This document shows positions 1-13,082 of a stretch of 64,000 nucleotides of DNA, piece by piece; within the stretch, counting starts at the first letter, position 1; each line of letters begins with the position of its first letter. The position numbers were made by a program, and so were the translations under genes. The notes under the pieces were generated by a model, which ran no database searches, was not told the DNA's origin, and saw only the letters and a program-made list of their open reading frames with translations. Source of the stretch: Podarcis muralis (lineage: Eukaryota); the NCBI RefSeq assembly GCF_964188315.1, contig NC_135657.1, forward strand, positions 36,208,001 through 36,272,000, given 5' to 3'.

Positions 1-1934
1 GGTACACCACTTTACATCACACTACATAGTTCCCAAGGCATTCCAGGAACCGTGGCAAGTGGGAAGTTGTGGAGAAAGACCTGTACTATTTCCTAATGAT
101 CACACTTCCTGGAATGCTTTGGGCATCCTAGAATGTAATGTGGCATCATCACTCCAGTGGCATTCCACAAAGGGCAGCTGGTGAAAGTTGTGGAACAGCC
201 TTGTACCACCCACAGCAATATAGTTTAAACAGGAAAGTGGGGGGGGGGAGGAAAGTCCTTAGCTACCTCATAAGGGTAAATAAGATAAGGAGAAACACCC
301 CTCTTCCCCCCCCCCCCAAAAAAAAACAACCCCACAGCAATCGCCCCATCTTTCAGAGAGGTTAGTTTCACAACTGCCCACCAAAAGGTTGAGAAGTGAA
401 GTTTTGACATGTTCAACTCAACTTAAGACTGGCTTCGCATCCATTCCATTTCCCCTGGAAATCTTGGGGAAATTCATTTTAAAGGGGAAAGTACTATGTC
501 TCTTTTATAGATAATTATCAGTGTGGCATGTCACCAAGATACCATTACCAAGATTCTCTGGAGGAAAGCATTGCAGTTAAAGCACTACAAAAGATAAGAC
601 CACAAATGTACTTTATTTGACCATTATTCTCCAGAATCAATGCCTAAATAGGATTTTCTCTTCTTAAGGTGGAAAAACACCACAGAGTGCTAGAAGACTT
701 GGCTGTGGAAAAAAGATAATTCCATCATCCTAAGTTCCTACAAAACCTTCTAAAATCCTTTCTTCACGGAAACAAACAGCATAACTGAAATTACCCTCGT
801 AATGCCTCCTAATGCTGGCTCACAAGTGAGGAAGAGCTGTAGAAAGATTGTAAGAGGCTACTTTTGAAAGATGATGCTTAAATCACCCTCTTAATCCTCT
901 AAAAAAAGCTACATTCATTCTGCAGTGGTCTTTACTATCAAAACAGAAATGAACCCATAGAACACTGAGAAATACATTCAGGTCCAGTCCAGCTAGCAAA
1001 AAGAACATTTAGCTGATTGTTAAAGAAAGAACCAGGGACTGGAACCTTTCCAAAGTCAAACATTCAGATGATTTCAAGTGACACTACCAACTGTTTTGGG
1101 TCAAGCACATTTGTCACTCACTATTCAGTGTCATTAGCACAGTGCAGAAAACAGAAGGTGACCGTTTTTATACTGATAATGTTACCTATGTAACTTCTTC
1201 ATTCAGTTTCTGGAAAATCCAAGTTTATCCCTTTTGAAATCAACCTGACTGCTCATGTGAGAAATACACAGAGGGGAAGGGAATGGAGATCCCATTCTTT
1301 AAGAAGTTTTTTATTATTATTATCAATGCACAGCATGCACCCAATGAACTCTTTTTTATATAACTTATAGTCATTTTTTTGAAAATCCTGAAGGAACACT
1401 GCTGCTCAGTACCTAGTTGGACTAGCCCAGCAGGAGGTTATTGCTTGGGAGCAACATCCAAGAAATTGAAGGCAGAAATCATTTTGAAAAGACAAGCTAA
1501 ATTACTCAGAAAAGTTCTCTGCATCCATTCCTAGGACTAGGATCTTAAGCCACTTGTAAGACTACTGCTTCCTTTCCTTTTAGAAATAATTCTTAAATTC
1601 CACCCATTAATGGAGTCTGTTTGTGAAGACAGCATCATAGCCTGTAAAACAGCAACAAGGAGGGCTTTGCCACCTTACAAACTGACACGACTATTCATTG
1701 TAGCATAAGGTTTTGTGGCTTAGAGCGATCACTTCAGATTATTGCTGTTACTATTAGTATTATTTCTACTACTACTCCTCCTCAGCCTTCACCAGAAGAT
1801 CCTGGGGCAGCAATATAAAGTGCAGTATTGTAAAAAGTTTTAAATAAATTACAATGGCATCTAGAGTGGGTCCAAATAGATATAGGGGCAAAGGCTAGGG
1901 CAAAGGTGCATGAAGCCTGATGCTCAGTTGGCGG

Positions 1935-2036
1935 TGTGTGTGTGTGTGTTGGTCATACAAAGGTGAAGAAAAGAGGAATAAATGGTTTGAAATCATCTGG
2001 GTTGACTGTTTTAAACACACACACACACACACACAC
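1935..2036. repeat. (GT)n and (CA)n microsatellites
   Basis: GT run near 1935-1949 and CA run near 2013-2036, read directly. Confidence 0.85.
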
Positions 2037-2934
2037 AATCAATGTATATATGCTTTCAAGTCACAAGCCAATCAAATAAGGGATCTCTGCTATATTTTTG
2101 TAGCTTTCAGATTTAGACCACAATGCCATGCAGAGTCCTAATGTTGCATCATCACCAACACTACTACACAACAGTAGGTTATCCAAATACAATCACCCAG
2201 ACTGAAACTCAGCCAGGCCATTGGGGCTCACACCCATACAATGACGTGATTGTGAGAGGCACAGATTAACTGCATCCTCCGCAAGTTCAATGTAAAGTCA
2301 GTTTACATAATGGCTGGAAATGGATAGTTTTATGCTTTGTGAAGGAAAGGAATTTATGTGCGGGTTCTCATGGCCACATACGCAGAGCCATTAATTTGGA
2401 GAGCAGGCGCCCGTTGCGCGTGGATGCTGTTCTCCCTGCAGGGGCCTCTATGATTGAGGGAGCACCAAGGATGGAAAAAACAAACAAGGGAGAGGACCAC
2501 CACTACCTCTGCAGATCCTATGAATGCTGCCCAATGGCCAATCCAAACCCAGGATAATCCAAGTCTCTTTGAGAAGTCGTGTCACCGCAGACACTCTCCA
2601 GAGAGATATACAATATTTGACTCAGGGCAAGCGATCTGGAGGCAAACGGACACAAACCACTACAGATCTTACACACACAGGCACAAAAAGCAATCATAGC
2701 GCCATTACCCACTATACATTATGACTCTACCTCACCCAACTGGAGAAGATAGTACAACTCTACAGGGCAGCCATGTCTCATGTCCCCTTTCTTTCCTTGC
2801 CAGAGCAGCTCTGGGAAATAAAATCAGAGAAAGCTTTCTAGGGGCTGGCATGGGAGAGATGAAGAAGGAAGGAAAAGGGGCCAGGGGCTTTGGGGAAGTG
2901 ATGATAATCCAGTTTAAAACTGCAGTCTATTAGT

Positions 2935-3240
2935 GCTGCGGTCCTATATACACTTACCTGCAAGTGTCTCCAACTGAACTCAATGAAACTTACTGAGTAG
3001 ACATTAGTGTAGGATTGCACAGTAAAACTGCCACCCTAAAAACACCTAACACATCCAAAATGCAGCCCTAACCATGTCTGCTCAGAAATAGGCCCTACTG
3101 AATCCAATAAGGTTTACTCCCAGTGGGGTTGTGATTCCAGCCTTACTAAGGAATAAATCCCATTGAAAACAGTGAGAGTTACTCTTTCTAAGTGAACACA
3201 TATATAAGACTATGCTGTAAGGCTGCAATCCTATGCGCAA
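2935..3240. repeat. Cluster of ~80-bp palindromic squamate repeats (GCAATCCTA...TAGGATTGC type)
   Basis: About three degenerate tandem units plus the start of a fourth. Similar units at ~4869-5068, ~7620-7700 and ~14620-14695. Confidence 0.6.
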
Positions 3241-3429
3241 GTGATTAGTGAATTGCACCATTTCGGCATTTCCCAAGGATTAAATCACTCCTCATTTATT
3301 CAGTGTAACTTGCTGTATGGGAATCCAAACAGAGCAACTGTTCTGGTTGTTGAATGCTCTTGTATAAATCACCACCACTTGGTCCATTCCTCAGTGTTAT
3401 TACTTGCAATGAGTTGCTGGCTCAGATTA

Positions 3430-3599
3430 TCACAGTCTTAAACAGCATGGCAGGGCAAGCGCAAAGGCCTTCTCTTCATTTTTCTCTGATAGCAGGTTAG
3501 TTGGGCACAGGGTATAGCCCTCTTTCTCATTGGAACCAGTGGTGTGAATAGCAAAGAGAGCTTTTGCCAGGAAGTTGTCTTCCAGAGCACAGAGATCAG
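3430..3599 (-). other. Candidate terminal coding exon (xDLCALEDNFLAKALF...ALPCCLRL*)
   Basis: T-rich tract plus AG at 3600-3601, 56-codon open frame, TGA at 3430-3432, minus-strand AATAAA at 3295-3300. Acceptor is suboptimal and no homolog is recognised. Confidence 0.25.
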
Positions 3600-4366
3600 C
3601 TTTTACCAGCAAAATATAAAAACAAAAAACACACACTCAGACAAAGCAGGACAAAATAGAACAAAACCTTTTCTGCCTCGGGAGTTATGATGTGAATGAA
3701 CCAAACCACATTAGCTACTTTTGGCAAGCTGGATGTTGGAAAATGAACTGGCAGATTCAAGGCATGGTCTTATTTTACAGTTCCTAGTAACCATCCAATG
3801 AAATCCGTATGATCATTCCATCATTCCAGTTCTAAGCAGAAGGGCAATTGAGAAAGCGGACTGCTAGCCAATGTCTAACCAACATGTATTGAAAATCAGG
3901 GCTTAATCTGAGCTAAGGTTCAGGCCCTGAACTTCTTTTCTTAAGCAGAAGGCAAGTCTTAGAAATGTGTACAAAGAGTGTTTTTGAGCATGTGCAGCTT
4001 CATTGCTCTTGCTCTTGTGGAATAATATTCAGCCCCTGAATAACTGGGATCAGAGAAAAGGGGTGCAACACTACTGGGCAAAACTGTTGAACAGAATAAA
4101 ATATTTGCATCTCATCTTACTGACTTTATTAGAGAAGGGGCTGGTATTTTTTAAATTGCTCTCCTTGACTGATAAGTGTTCCTAAAGAAGCATCCACAAG
4201 ACAAACAAAACTGTAAATAACTTTGTGAGTACTATAAATATTTCATCAATTCCATACCGATAGAGACATTAAGTAATTTTTTGCTTGGGTGTTGAACAGA
4301 ATAAGCAAACTTGCAGTTAAAAACCAAGAAGCCAACAGCTGCCAAAGGCCAATGGTCCAAAATATA

Positions 4367-4523
4367 CTGCATTTTTCCGTGTATAAGACTAGGTTTCCCC
4401 CCCTAATAAATTACTGTATGCCAAAAATTAGGGGGCATCTTATACACAGATAGTGCCGAGGCCATTTTCTTAAATCTGAGTCGCCCAAAATACATGGGAC
4501 GTCTTATAGACGGAAAAATACAG
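4367..4523. mobile_element. Tc1/mariner (pogo/Tc2-type) MITE
   Basis: TIRs CTGCATTTTTCCGTGTATAAGAC / GTCTTATAGACGGAAAAATACAG, flanked by TA on both sides. Confidence 0.8.
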
Positions 4524-5658
4524 TATGTGACAATAAATCAACAGGTCACTATAATAGGTAAATTTGGACTTGAGAGTCACCATACCAAAACGGTTGAGAA
4601 CCACTATTCTAAAGGGATAAAGGTAAGACACCATCACCAACTACCAACCCAGATGCCCACCATTAGATCAGAAAAACATTTATCTGTGAGACTTGTACAT
4701 CCCTCACACTGGAAAAAGGAGAGAGGGTGAGCTGCAGTCCTCCTGATGTTTTGTACAGCAATTCCGATCATCCCGAAGTTGATGGTCGTTGTAGCCCAAG
4801 AACGTATGGGATGGCCATTAAGTTCCCCATCCTGATTTAAAGATTTGACCATGAACTTAACGCTAACAGTGCAACCCTACGCATGTCTACTCAGAAGTAA
4901 AGTCTCACCAACTTCAGTGAGACTTACTCACAGGAAAGGTGATCCCAGGTTCTTAGCAGACCTTCCCCAACCTGGTGCACTACAGATAGTGTAAGCTACA
5001 ACTCCCATCATTCCTTGCTGACTGAAGAGCACCAGGGTGAGGAAGGCGGGTTTATAGGATTGCAGCCTAAAACAAATAATCCAAAAAAGTGAATAGATAT
5101 CTTGGTTCCATAATAAGCAAGGTTACCAAGCAGATTAAGTTCCAAGGTTAAGACAACAAGTACAATAGCAAAATAATCTCTCCGAACAGCTTCCTAAATG
5201 AGGCTTCATTTTTTTTTTCTAAAACAAGACTGCAGATACAGGCTGTGGCAGGGTGGCCTTTTCTAGGCAGCTTGTCCCCTTAGCAGTTGTCTAAGAGAGG
5301 AGTCGGGTGTAATCTGGAAGTATTTCTAGGCAGGCCACATCACTGGGAAGCCAAACAGGCTGCCTAGGGATGTGGCCATGTTGGAGACACTCTTCCGACC
5401 CCCTCAGTTCTGCATTTGGGAGTGGCACACCACCAGCGACCAGAAAATTCCTGATCTCAGTCCCACTCACTTCAGTAGTTACCAACAAAATCAAGCCAAT
5501 ACTTAAAGCAAAGGATGGGTTCTGTTTGTTTATGCTTCCTTCTGAGAACATACTATTTTGGGACAACTAATATCTTACAGGGTTTGGGTGGAAAAAAGCA
5601 TGTGTGTCCTTACGCTCCCTTGCTTACACAGGCAAGCTGCAGCATAGCTCAGCCATTT

Positions 5659-6927
5659 AGACCAAGATTCTCGCTTTCTGGGGGAAACCAAAGCTCAGAA
5701 GCTGGGAACTCCAAGGCCATAAACTAGAACAAGTCTCAAACTATAAGTATTTAGGAATGGTGGTCCAGGCCTCAGGATCCAACAAACCACACATAAATTC
5801 CATTGGGAGCTCTCAGGGAAAAACAGCAAATTGTATCCGCAATTTTTTTAGAACCCAAGGGGGCTTTTTTGTCCCCGCGGCCCTAAAATTATACAAGGCC
5901 AAAACATTGGCACAGCTCCTTTATGGATCCTTTCTGGGCCCGCCATTCTCTGCTTTCTCCCCACTCGAGAGAGTTCAATTCAAACTCCTTAGAGCCCTCC
6001 TAAGCCCAGATGCGTATCAAACACATGGGTCAGACTGGAAACAGGGATGATGAGAGTGGAGGCTCATATCAGCCTAACATCAATCTATAAATGACTGACA
6101 CTGAAACTGCTCCCCCGTGGTATAGTCCCACTGATCCTTTGTGACCAGTTCCAGTCAGGCTGGCAGACAGCAGTCCTGAACACTCTTCAGAAACTGGGTT
6201 TTGCCCCTCAAGCCCTTCTAAGTCTGGGCTTGGGCCAAGCAAAAGCTATGGTTAGGCAAAGAATTATAGACACCAAGAGACAAGAGGACTGCTTAAGGTG
6301 TCCTGACTACAAAACTGTAGAAATCGAGAGAGATATAGCTGCACCGGGAGCATATATCTTTTTTCTTGTATCCAAAAATGCGAGAAGGGCTTTTACACTT
6401 GTCAGAAGCTCGGCTCTGCCCTCGCCAGTCTTGGAAGGATCCTTTTAAAAAGTCCCATATGCCCAGAGACTTTGCGCCTGCCCATTGGGGGATATAGGAA
6501 GCTCCGAACACATATTTTTTAGATGTCCCTTTTACGATGAGGCACGTAGAGATACCATTGACCCCCTGCTGGTGAGGCTTGCTGACCTCCCAGAAAAGCA
6601 AAACTTCGATCTTCTCCTGTTAGGCAAAGATCACAAGACGACCTGGACGGTCGCCGGAATCTGCGCATAGATCTGTAGGCGCAGACCACCCCCCGATTCA
6701 AACTAGTTTGTTAAGAAAATTCCCAAACTTGGATGCACGGGTGACTCTCGGTCATTTCTCTATGGTAGTTTATCTTAAAGTTTTTATGGGTTTATACACC
6801 TATTGCATTTTTAAACTTTAAATCCATTGCTGTATATTGTTTTAAATGTTGGTTTTGCTTTTGGGATGGTAGTCTCACTTGTGTTTCACAAGCTGGTCTC
6901 CGACCGTAATAATAAATTATTATTATT
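5659..6927 (+). mobile_element. 5'-truncated non-LTR retrotransposon, RTE-X-like (end of RT plus Cys/His motif, 3' UTR, (TTA)n tail)
   Basis: Translates TKILAFWGKPKLRSWELQGHKLEQVSNYKYLG, ALKLYKAKTLAQLLYG and RLCACPLGDIGSSEHIFFRCPFY, with nonsense and frame breaks. 15-bp TSD ATAGCT(C/T)AGCCATTT at 5644-5658 and 6928-6942. Clade assignment is from recalled motifs. Confidence 0.75.
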
Positions 6928-7891
6928 ATAGCTTAGCCATTTCTAATAGCCATTTGAAAGTGAATCTACAAAACTCATCACCATGAAGGGTATTGCTTAA
7001 AAACTTGTTTGTAGTGATTTAGGCAGAAACACCAAGGATTAAATGTTGTGGCTAATCTAGAGGTATTTCCTCAAGAAAATACCAGATATTGTTTCTGTAT
7101 GACGGGGTACACACCATACATTTAAATGACATTCTCCTCCCCCCAAAAAATCCTGTGAACTGTAGTGAAAGGTATGGGGTTTATATCAAGGGCAAAGCAA
7201 CATGCCAAGCATTCATGCACAAATATACTCTTTAAAACTAGGAAACTTGGCAGCTTCCAGAACTGCCAAACTCTCTGGGCCCAATTCTGCATTCCCGTTG
7301 CAAATTAAACTATTAACAAAAGGTTAAGCACAGTATTTCATTGCACTGTTTTTGTTTTCATTCAGCATTTTGGACAAGGGATAATCTGGGTTCAGTGACC
7401 CTAAAACCTCAATATTACGCAAGCAAGTTTGGACTTTAAGCCAGAAACTTGGTGTAACCATTGAACTTTTAACCTAAATAGTCGGTGAAGAATTGCTGGC
7501 TGGCAGGAGTCCCGCCTGATAGATTTCGGCTTGCTTTGTGTGTATATTTTTAAGAAGCGTCCAACAAAAATGCCTGATTTTGCTGAGCAAGTCAGTTTGC
7601 TGGGCAGCAAATTATGGCTGCAAGCACATTCACTTGGGAGTGAGCCCTATTGAATTTGGTGGACTCATTTCCAAGTAAACATGTGCAGGATTAGGCTGCA
7701 TAGCTCTTTTTTCTAAGGCCAACTGGCATCCTTCAATTTGCTCCCGTGTGTCTACCAGACTGGACTGAAAATGTAGATAAGGGTTTTGGCCCTCCACCCT
7801 TTTGGATTAGCAAAGGACTTGCTGGTATAACAGGCTATATTTACAGTATCCCCATAAAGTACCCTCCTTGGCTTCTGCCCTTTTCCATCAG

Positions 7892-8079
7892 GTTTTGCTG
7901 ATTTGCTCTCTAATATCTACAATGGTACCTTAGATCAACAATTCCTCCCTGAGGTTCCAAAAAGAAACTGCCAATTCATTCTTCCTGAACTGAAGTTCTT
8001 TACCACACAAATTGGTTTCCACAGCTTTTTCTGTGTAGTTTTAATCCATGATAATCTTCAAGGGATTATTTTCAATCAG
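7892..8079 (+). other. Candidate internal exon, 188 nt, open frame (GFADLLSNIYNGTLDQQFL...LQGIIFNQ)
   Basis: Strong acceptor CCTTGGCTTCTGCCCTTTTCCATCAG, donor CAG|GTATGG, 62 uninterrupted codons. No homolog recognised. Confidence 0.3.
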
Positions 8080-8339
8080 GTATGGGGTTTTTTCCACAGT
8101 ATTTTACCTGTGCTGAAATACACAGCCTTGAGCTCACTGTTTATAAACAGTTTAGCATGGAAAGTTCCCATTAATTCTTATTTTTTGAAGGAATCATTAT
8201 AGTATAGTTGAATAGCCTGCAACAAGCTAAAAGGCCACTAACTAATGAGGCAGCTTCCATAATGTCTGCTTTTGACAGCAAAGGCTTCTGCTAGCTCTCT
8301 CAGTCTCTTATATGACTATAATACAGAATGTGCAAGGGT

Positions 8340-8596
8340 GCATAGACACTAGACCTTTAAAGCATATTCAAAGCACATTCTTTCTCACAAAGAATTTTGG
8401 GCACTATAGTTTACCCCTCAGAGTTATAATTCCTAGCAACCCCTAACAAACTTTATCTGTAAGATGCCTTGAGTCCCATCAGGGGAAAAGGCAGACTATA
8501 AGTAAATCTCTAATAACAACAAATTACAGTGCCCAGAATGCTTTTGGGGTGGGATGTGTTTCAAATGTCCTCAAATGTATAGTGTGTACGCTGCCC
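8340..8596. mobile_element. Palindromic MITE-like lacertid repeat (with small internal insertion)
   Basis: Imperfect inverted arms (AAAGCACAT...GGGCACTATAGTTT / AAATTACAGTGCCCAGAAT...ATGTGTTT). Related copies near 1-150, 7105-7170, 15430-15625, 48478-48663 and 49970-50125. Confidence 0.55.
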
Positions 8597-9457
8597 AAAT
8601 CATCTAACCAGTTTCCAATCCAATATCCACTTAATAAAACCCAAAGCATTTCCTGAACACTTGCTTTTGAGTGTGATCCTTTATGAGTTTTGCCAGAATA
8701 TGAAGTCCCATTCTAAATCTAAGAAGCTGTTTTGTTAAAGGGATGTGGGGCAGAGCAAATGATTAACAGGACAAAGGAGCCCTACGGCTGCTGCAAGGCC
8801 TTCCTAGTCAAGGAGCCCTGACATTTCCATTTAATATCAGGGAAGCCAACCTTGGCGACACTTGGCAATGACATCTCTCCAAAGCTTTAAAATGATTGCT
8901 CCTGCCCAAAGCAAACAATTTGTCCAAATCAGGACAAGTGTCTCAAAGGAATGAGGCTGAGCTCAACTTACTAAATTGTTTGAACAGCAAAACCATTAAT
9001 CATGGGGGACTGGAGCAGAGGGCAATGAGGGAAGATCGGTTTTCTGAACTGCTGGGCTCTGTGGGGATATTACAGCCAGGCTTCTTGTTGTCCCTCCCTG
9101 GTGTGGAAGGAAAGCCAATGGGTCAGCTACCCTGTAGTACAAATCAGGAAATGATCTCATGCCTTTGCAATCAGATCTTCAAATATTTAGGCTAAGGAGG
9201 TCGCACTGGGAATGCTCTCCATTTTCTTATCAGTAAACAAAAGAACTTTAGATTAATGCTGAGTGAGGAAACATTTCCCCCCTAAATCTCTAGGGTTCAC
9301 AGATAGAATGTAATGTGTGTGTACACACACATATACCCCACACATATAGCTCTTTCTGCTGCTGGTTTTCCTTAATAGCAACCAAGCTTTATGTCAAAGA
9401 GGCTTGGCAAGTCTACAGCAAATTGTTTATACTCGTGTGCCCTTTGGAGGTGAATAG

Positions 9458-9644
9458 TAGGGCTGGGTGATATCAGCTTTTCAACATCGCGGTGTATCGC
9501 CAGCCAAACATCATAGTTTGGCAATATACCACCACTCAGGCGTGGTGGTGGTTTCACCAGCGATATACTGCTGAGTTAAACCAACATAGCAGTCTGCTCC
9601 TCATACTGGTCCTGGGCGATATATTGATATATTGCCCAGGCCTA
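9458..9644. mobile_element. hAT-family MITE
   Basis: TIRs TAGGGCTGGGTGATAT / ATATTGCCCAGGCCTA and a perfect 8-bp TSD GTGAATAG at 9450-9457 and 9645-9652. Confidence 0.85.
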
Positions 9645-10109
9645 GTGAATAGTATTAAAATAGCATGAACAGCTATCACAATGGTGCTGGCATTTCCACC
9701 AGCATCAAAAATACTCCATAGTTTGTGTTGCTGTCACAAGTCCTAATCACCCATTACTCATGTGTAGGGCATAAGCATGCAGAATGGGGAATGGTTATTG
9801 GAACCTAAATATTTTTGTGTCCTAGCTGCCTGGAGCTCTTAGTTTTGAACAGGAGCTCACTCAACCATGGAGAAGGAGAGCACTAGAGGATGGGGAGGCA
9901 GAACATGATGCAAGCAGTAGCCTTGCAAAAGCCTTCTGGTTACTCAACCTAGTTAGCACATGCCCATGAGTGGTACAGAGGGAGACACCAATCCCTACAA
10001 AGCACAAGGTGTTGTTGGGAAGGGTTGTAGCACAGCAGTGGGGCATCTGTTTTGCAATACAGGAGGTCCATTGTTTGATCCCCAGCTTCTCCTGTTAGGG
10101 CGAGAAAGC

Positions 10110-10460
10110 TATAGAATTATGTTCAGCCTGGAGAAGAAACGACAGAGCGGTGATACAATAGTCACCTTCAAATATCTGAAGGGCTGTCATGTGGAAGATG
10201 GAAAAGGCCTGTTTTCTGCTGCTTCAGAAGGTAGGACCCAAACCAGGATTCAAATTACAAGAAAGAATAATCTGACTAAACATTAGGAAGAACTGTACAG
10301 CTGTGGAGTGGACTACCTTGGAAGGTAGTGGACTCTCCTTCGCTGGAAGTTTTTTAAACAGAGGTTGGATGTCTGCCTGTCAAAGATTTTTAGCTGCATT
10401 ACAGGGAGTTGAACCAGATGACCCCTTGGATCTCTTCTAACTCTACAGTTCTATGATTCT
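10110..10460 (+). mobile_element. CR1 LINE 3' fragment
   Basis: Encodes FSLEKKRQSGDTIVTFKYLKGCHVEDG (CR1 ORF2 C-terminus) and ends in the TTCTATGATTCT-type tail. Confidence 0.9.
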
Positions 10461-10857
10461 GTGATAGATGGATCAACTGGTAATCTGCTGGTCTGACTCA
10501 GTAGAAGGCAGCTTCCTATATTCCCTATGTTGCTGCAAGAGCAGCTATTGACCTTGGCCATGGGGAGGCAAACCCAGTACAGTATTCTTGAAGCCCCAGA
10601 CTTACTGCAATGAAAATTCCTGATGGTCATACATGGAAGTCACTTCCATTTCTTTCAACAAGATTTTAGAGCCTAACTCTTTATTTTTTAAGGAAAATGT
10701 TCTGGTGTTGAAATCTGCTCTTCTGAATATTTTCTTACACAAGTTGTGTGTATGTTATTAAAAATAATGATAATACAGTAGTATTGCCACTAGAATGTAA
10801 CAAATACGCCAAATATCACCAAATGGAGGTGAACTCTCAAAAAAGGTGTGCCACATG

Positions 10858-10907
10858 ATGATGATGATGGTTGTGGTGGTGATGGTGATGATGGTGGTGG
10901 TGGTGGT
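10858..10907. repeat. (GAT)n/(GGT)n compound microsatellite
   Basis: Read directly. Confidence 0.85.
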
Positions 10908-12685
10908 ATAAGGATGCTCTTGGTGACTTTAATATGCTAAACATCAACATTCAGAATCTGACCTTGGCAAATTATTTCTGCTCATTAAAAGAGATGGTCA
11001 GAAAAATCATCATCCTTCTTTCTTACTGATATATGTGGGTACTACTTTTTGTGCATTTTAACTAGGCATATTTAGGAAACATAACTGACAAAGAAAATGG
11101 AAAGTAGTAGTGTTGTGATGGACATTGCATATGGCAATCCAGTGAATCACTTAGAAGCGTCTACACAGCTGGTATTGGCTGCAGTGTAACAGAGATGGCA
11201 AAACATTTATGATTTTCTTTTCTTTTTTAGCCACATAGGGCTTTTCCACATCTAGGCAGCCAAGAACTCCACATTGCTAAGAAATTAGTAGAGCATCACA
11301 GATAACAGCCAATTTCAAAATAAGGCCCATTTCCAGTTTTCCCAAAATCTATTCCAGGCCCACCTCAATTCAGTCATCCCTGTATAAAATAGCTAAACAA
11401 GAAAGGGACATTGGAATGCCTCAAAAAAGCTGATAATGTGTCTCCCAATCTGTGACCTCGGAACACTTTTTCAGGTCCAGAACTTGGAAACCAGATGTGT
11501 CCAGCGCTGATGTGGAACACCCAATGACTGCAGCAAAGAGGGTACCACCCTTCGCAGCTGTGATGTCCAAGAACAGTACATTTGGCAGAGCCCTTAATGA
11601 GCCTGCTGAATGGAAGACAAGGGATAGAAATGATTTTCCACTTAAGTGGCACTTACCTCCCCAAATATTTAACAGTTTATATAGCAAGGCAGATTGATTC
11701 AACAGAAACGGTATGCAAAAAGAAGCTGCAAAGATCCAGTGAGCCACTTCCCCTGCTTTCGTGTCTTCCTCTTTTCTACATTATACAATGGAAGAATCTA
11801 AAGCTGTCTCCTAAAGACTGTCTACAACCACCACTGCACAGCAAATTCTGCTCCAATCCAGACCAGAGGAAGACTATTATGGGTCTTTTTAGAGGAGTCG
11901 AATGACAGATTAAACACACACTTTCCACTTCCATGTTGTTCTGGTTTAGTAACCAAGTTAAATTAGCAGAGCTTAACTTGAACCAGGGCTTTGGAGGGCT
12001 CAGCCCTAGAAGCTATTTTCAGTCCCGGTACTCTTCCCACTAGAACAGAGGACCAATCAAAATAATGCATTTGATCCAAGCATTCGCAAGATGCTTCCCC
12101 CCCCCCCCTCACCACTGAGTAGCTACTGTCTGTTCAAAAGTAATTTGGGGAATTCAAGGCAGAGCATTCCAGTCTGTGCAGAGCATTTAAATATATATTC
12201 ACTGTACAGTATTGGTGTCTGATGTCGTACTCAGAGCCTTTCCACAGCACTCATAACCAGGCTGGTAGCCGAGTGTTCATTAGATCACAATGGTTCTGAG
12301 CAGGACTTCCTATATTCCACTTCAGAGATATTCTGACACCTGTGTAGCAGGCTCTGTCGCCAGACCTCTTTAAGCCTCACATCTCGTGTCTCACCAACAG
12401 TACAAATGTTCAGAATTCCTAACTATTTCCTGTGTTTCAAGATTAGCATCCCAAAGATGTCCTGTTTATATTTTGGAGGTATGGTGGAAATAAACACTAT
12501 GAAGTCAGGATATTCCATCAGCAGGACTAAAATACTGAACAAACTCTTATTTATTTTTTTGCCTTCCTACTCTCCTCTGCTTTACATTTTCACTTCTACA
12601 ACCCTTTTAATAGAGTTTGATCAATAACCCTGTGCTTAAACTCTGCGTGAAGAAAATGGTTAATGTTCCTTTTTTGTTCCCCCAG

Positions 12686-12846
12686 TTCCAAGTGTGAAAA
12701 AAACCCCTTGGCTGTGCACAATCACCCTTTCCCCTCGCAATGAGTTGAATTATTTGCTTTGGGGTTTGCAATTTTACCGATTGCTACCTTTCAGGATCAG
12801 CCGTATCTATGAAAACCTAGAGGATACTTTGTAATGGAAAAATAAA
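12686..12846 (+). other. Candidate terminal exon with poly(A) signal
   Basis: Strong acceptor TTCCTTTTTTGTTCCCCCAG at 12685 and a second acceptor CTACCTTTCAG at 12795. One frame is open to ...RISRIYENLEDTL* (TAA 12832-12834). AATAAA at 12841-12846. Confidence 0.25.
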
Positions 12847-13082
12847 TAGGCTAGTCTGTATGTCAGAATTTCCATGAGGCAACATAATTAAAACTGTTCC
12901 AAATGGTAGGTTTTATCACAAGGTATGCCACACACATATAGTAGTTTACTGCGCAGTAGAGATTATTTTCTCCATATCGCCATAAATGTTTTCATGTATC
13001 TGCACTGGAACAGAGAGAATCGCCCAACGGGGTACAGTGGCTCTTCACAAGTATGATCTACCTTTCATGGCAATTTAAAATA

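Noticed and set aside
2515-2724. In-frame TGA peptides suggestive of a selenoprotein exon
   Set aside because: No recognisable selenoprotein motif or SECIS, and either strand reads equally plausibly.
7495-7620. RLIDFGL peptide resembling a kinase DFG motif
   Set aside because: There is no HRD or APE motif, a stop lies just upstream, and there are no splice sites to frame it.
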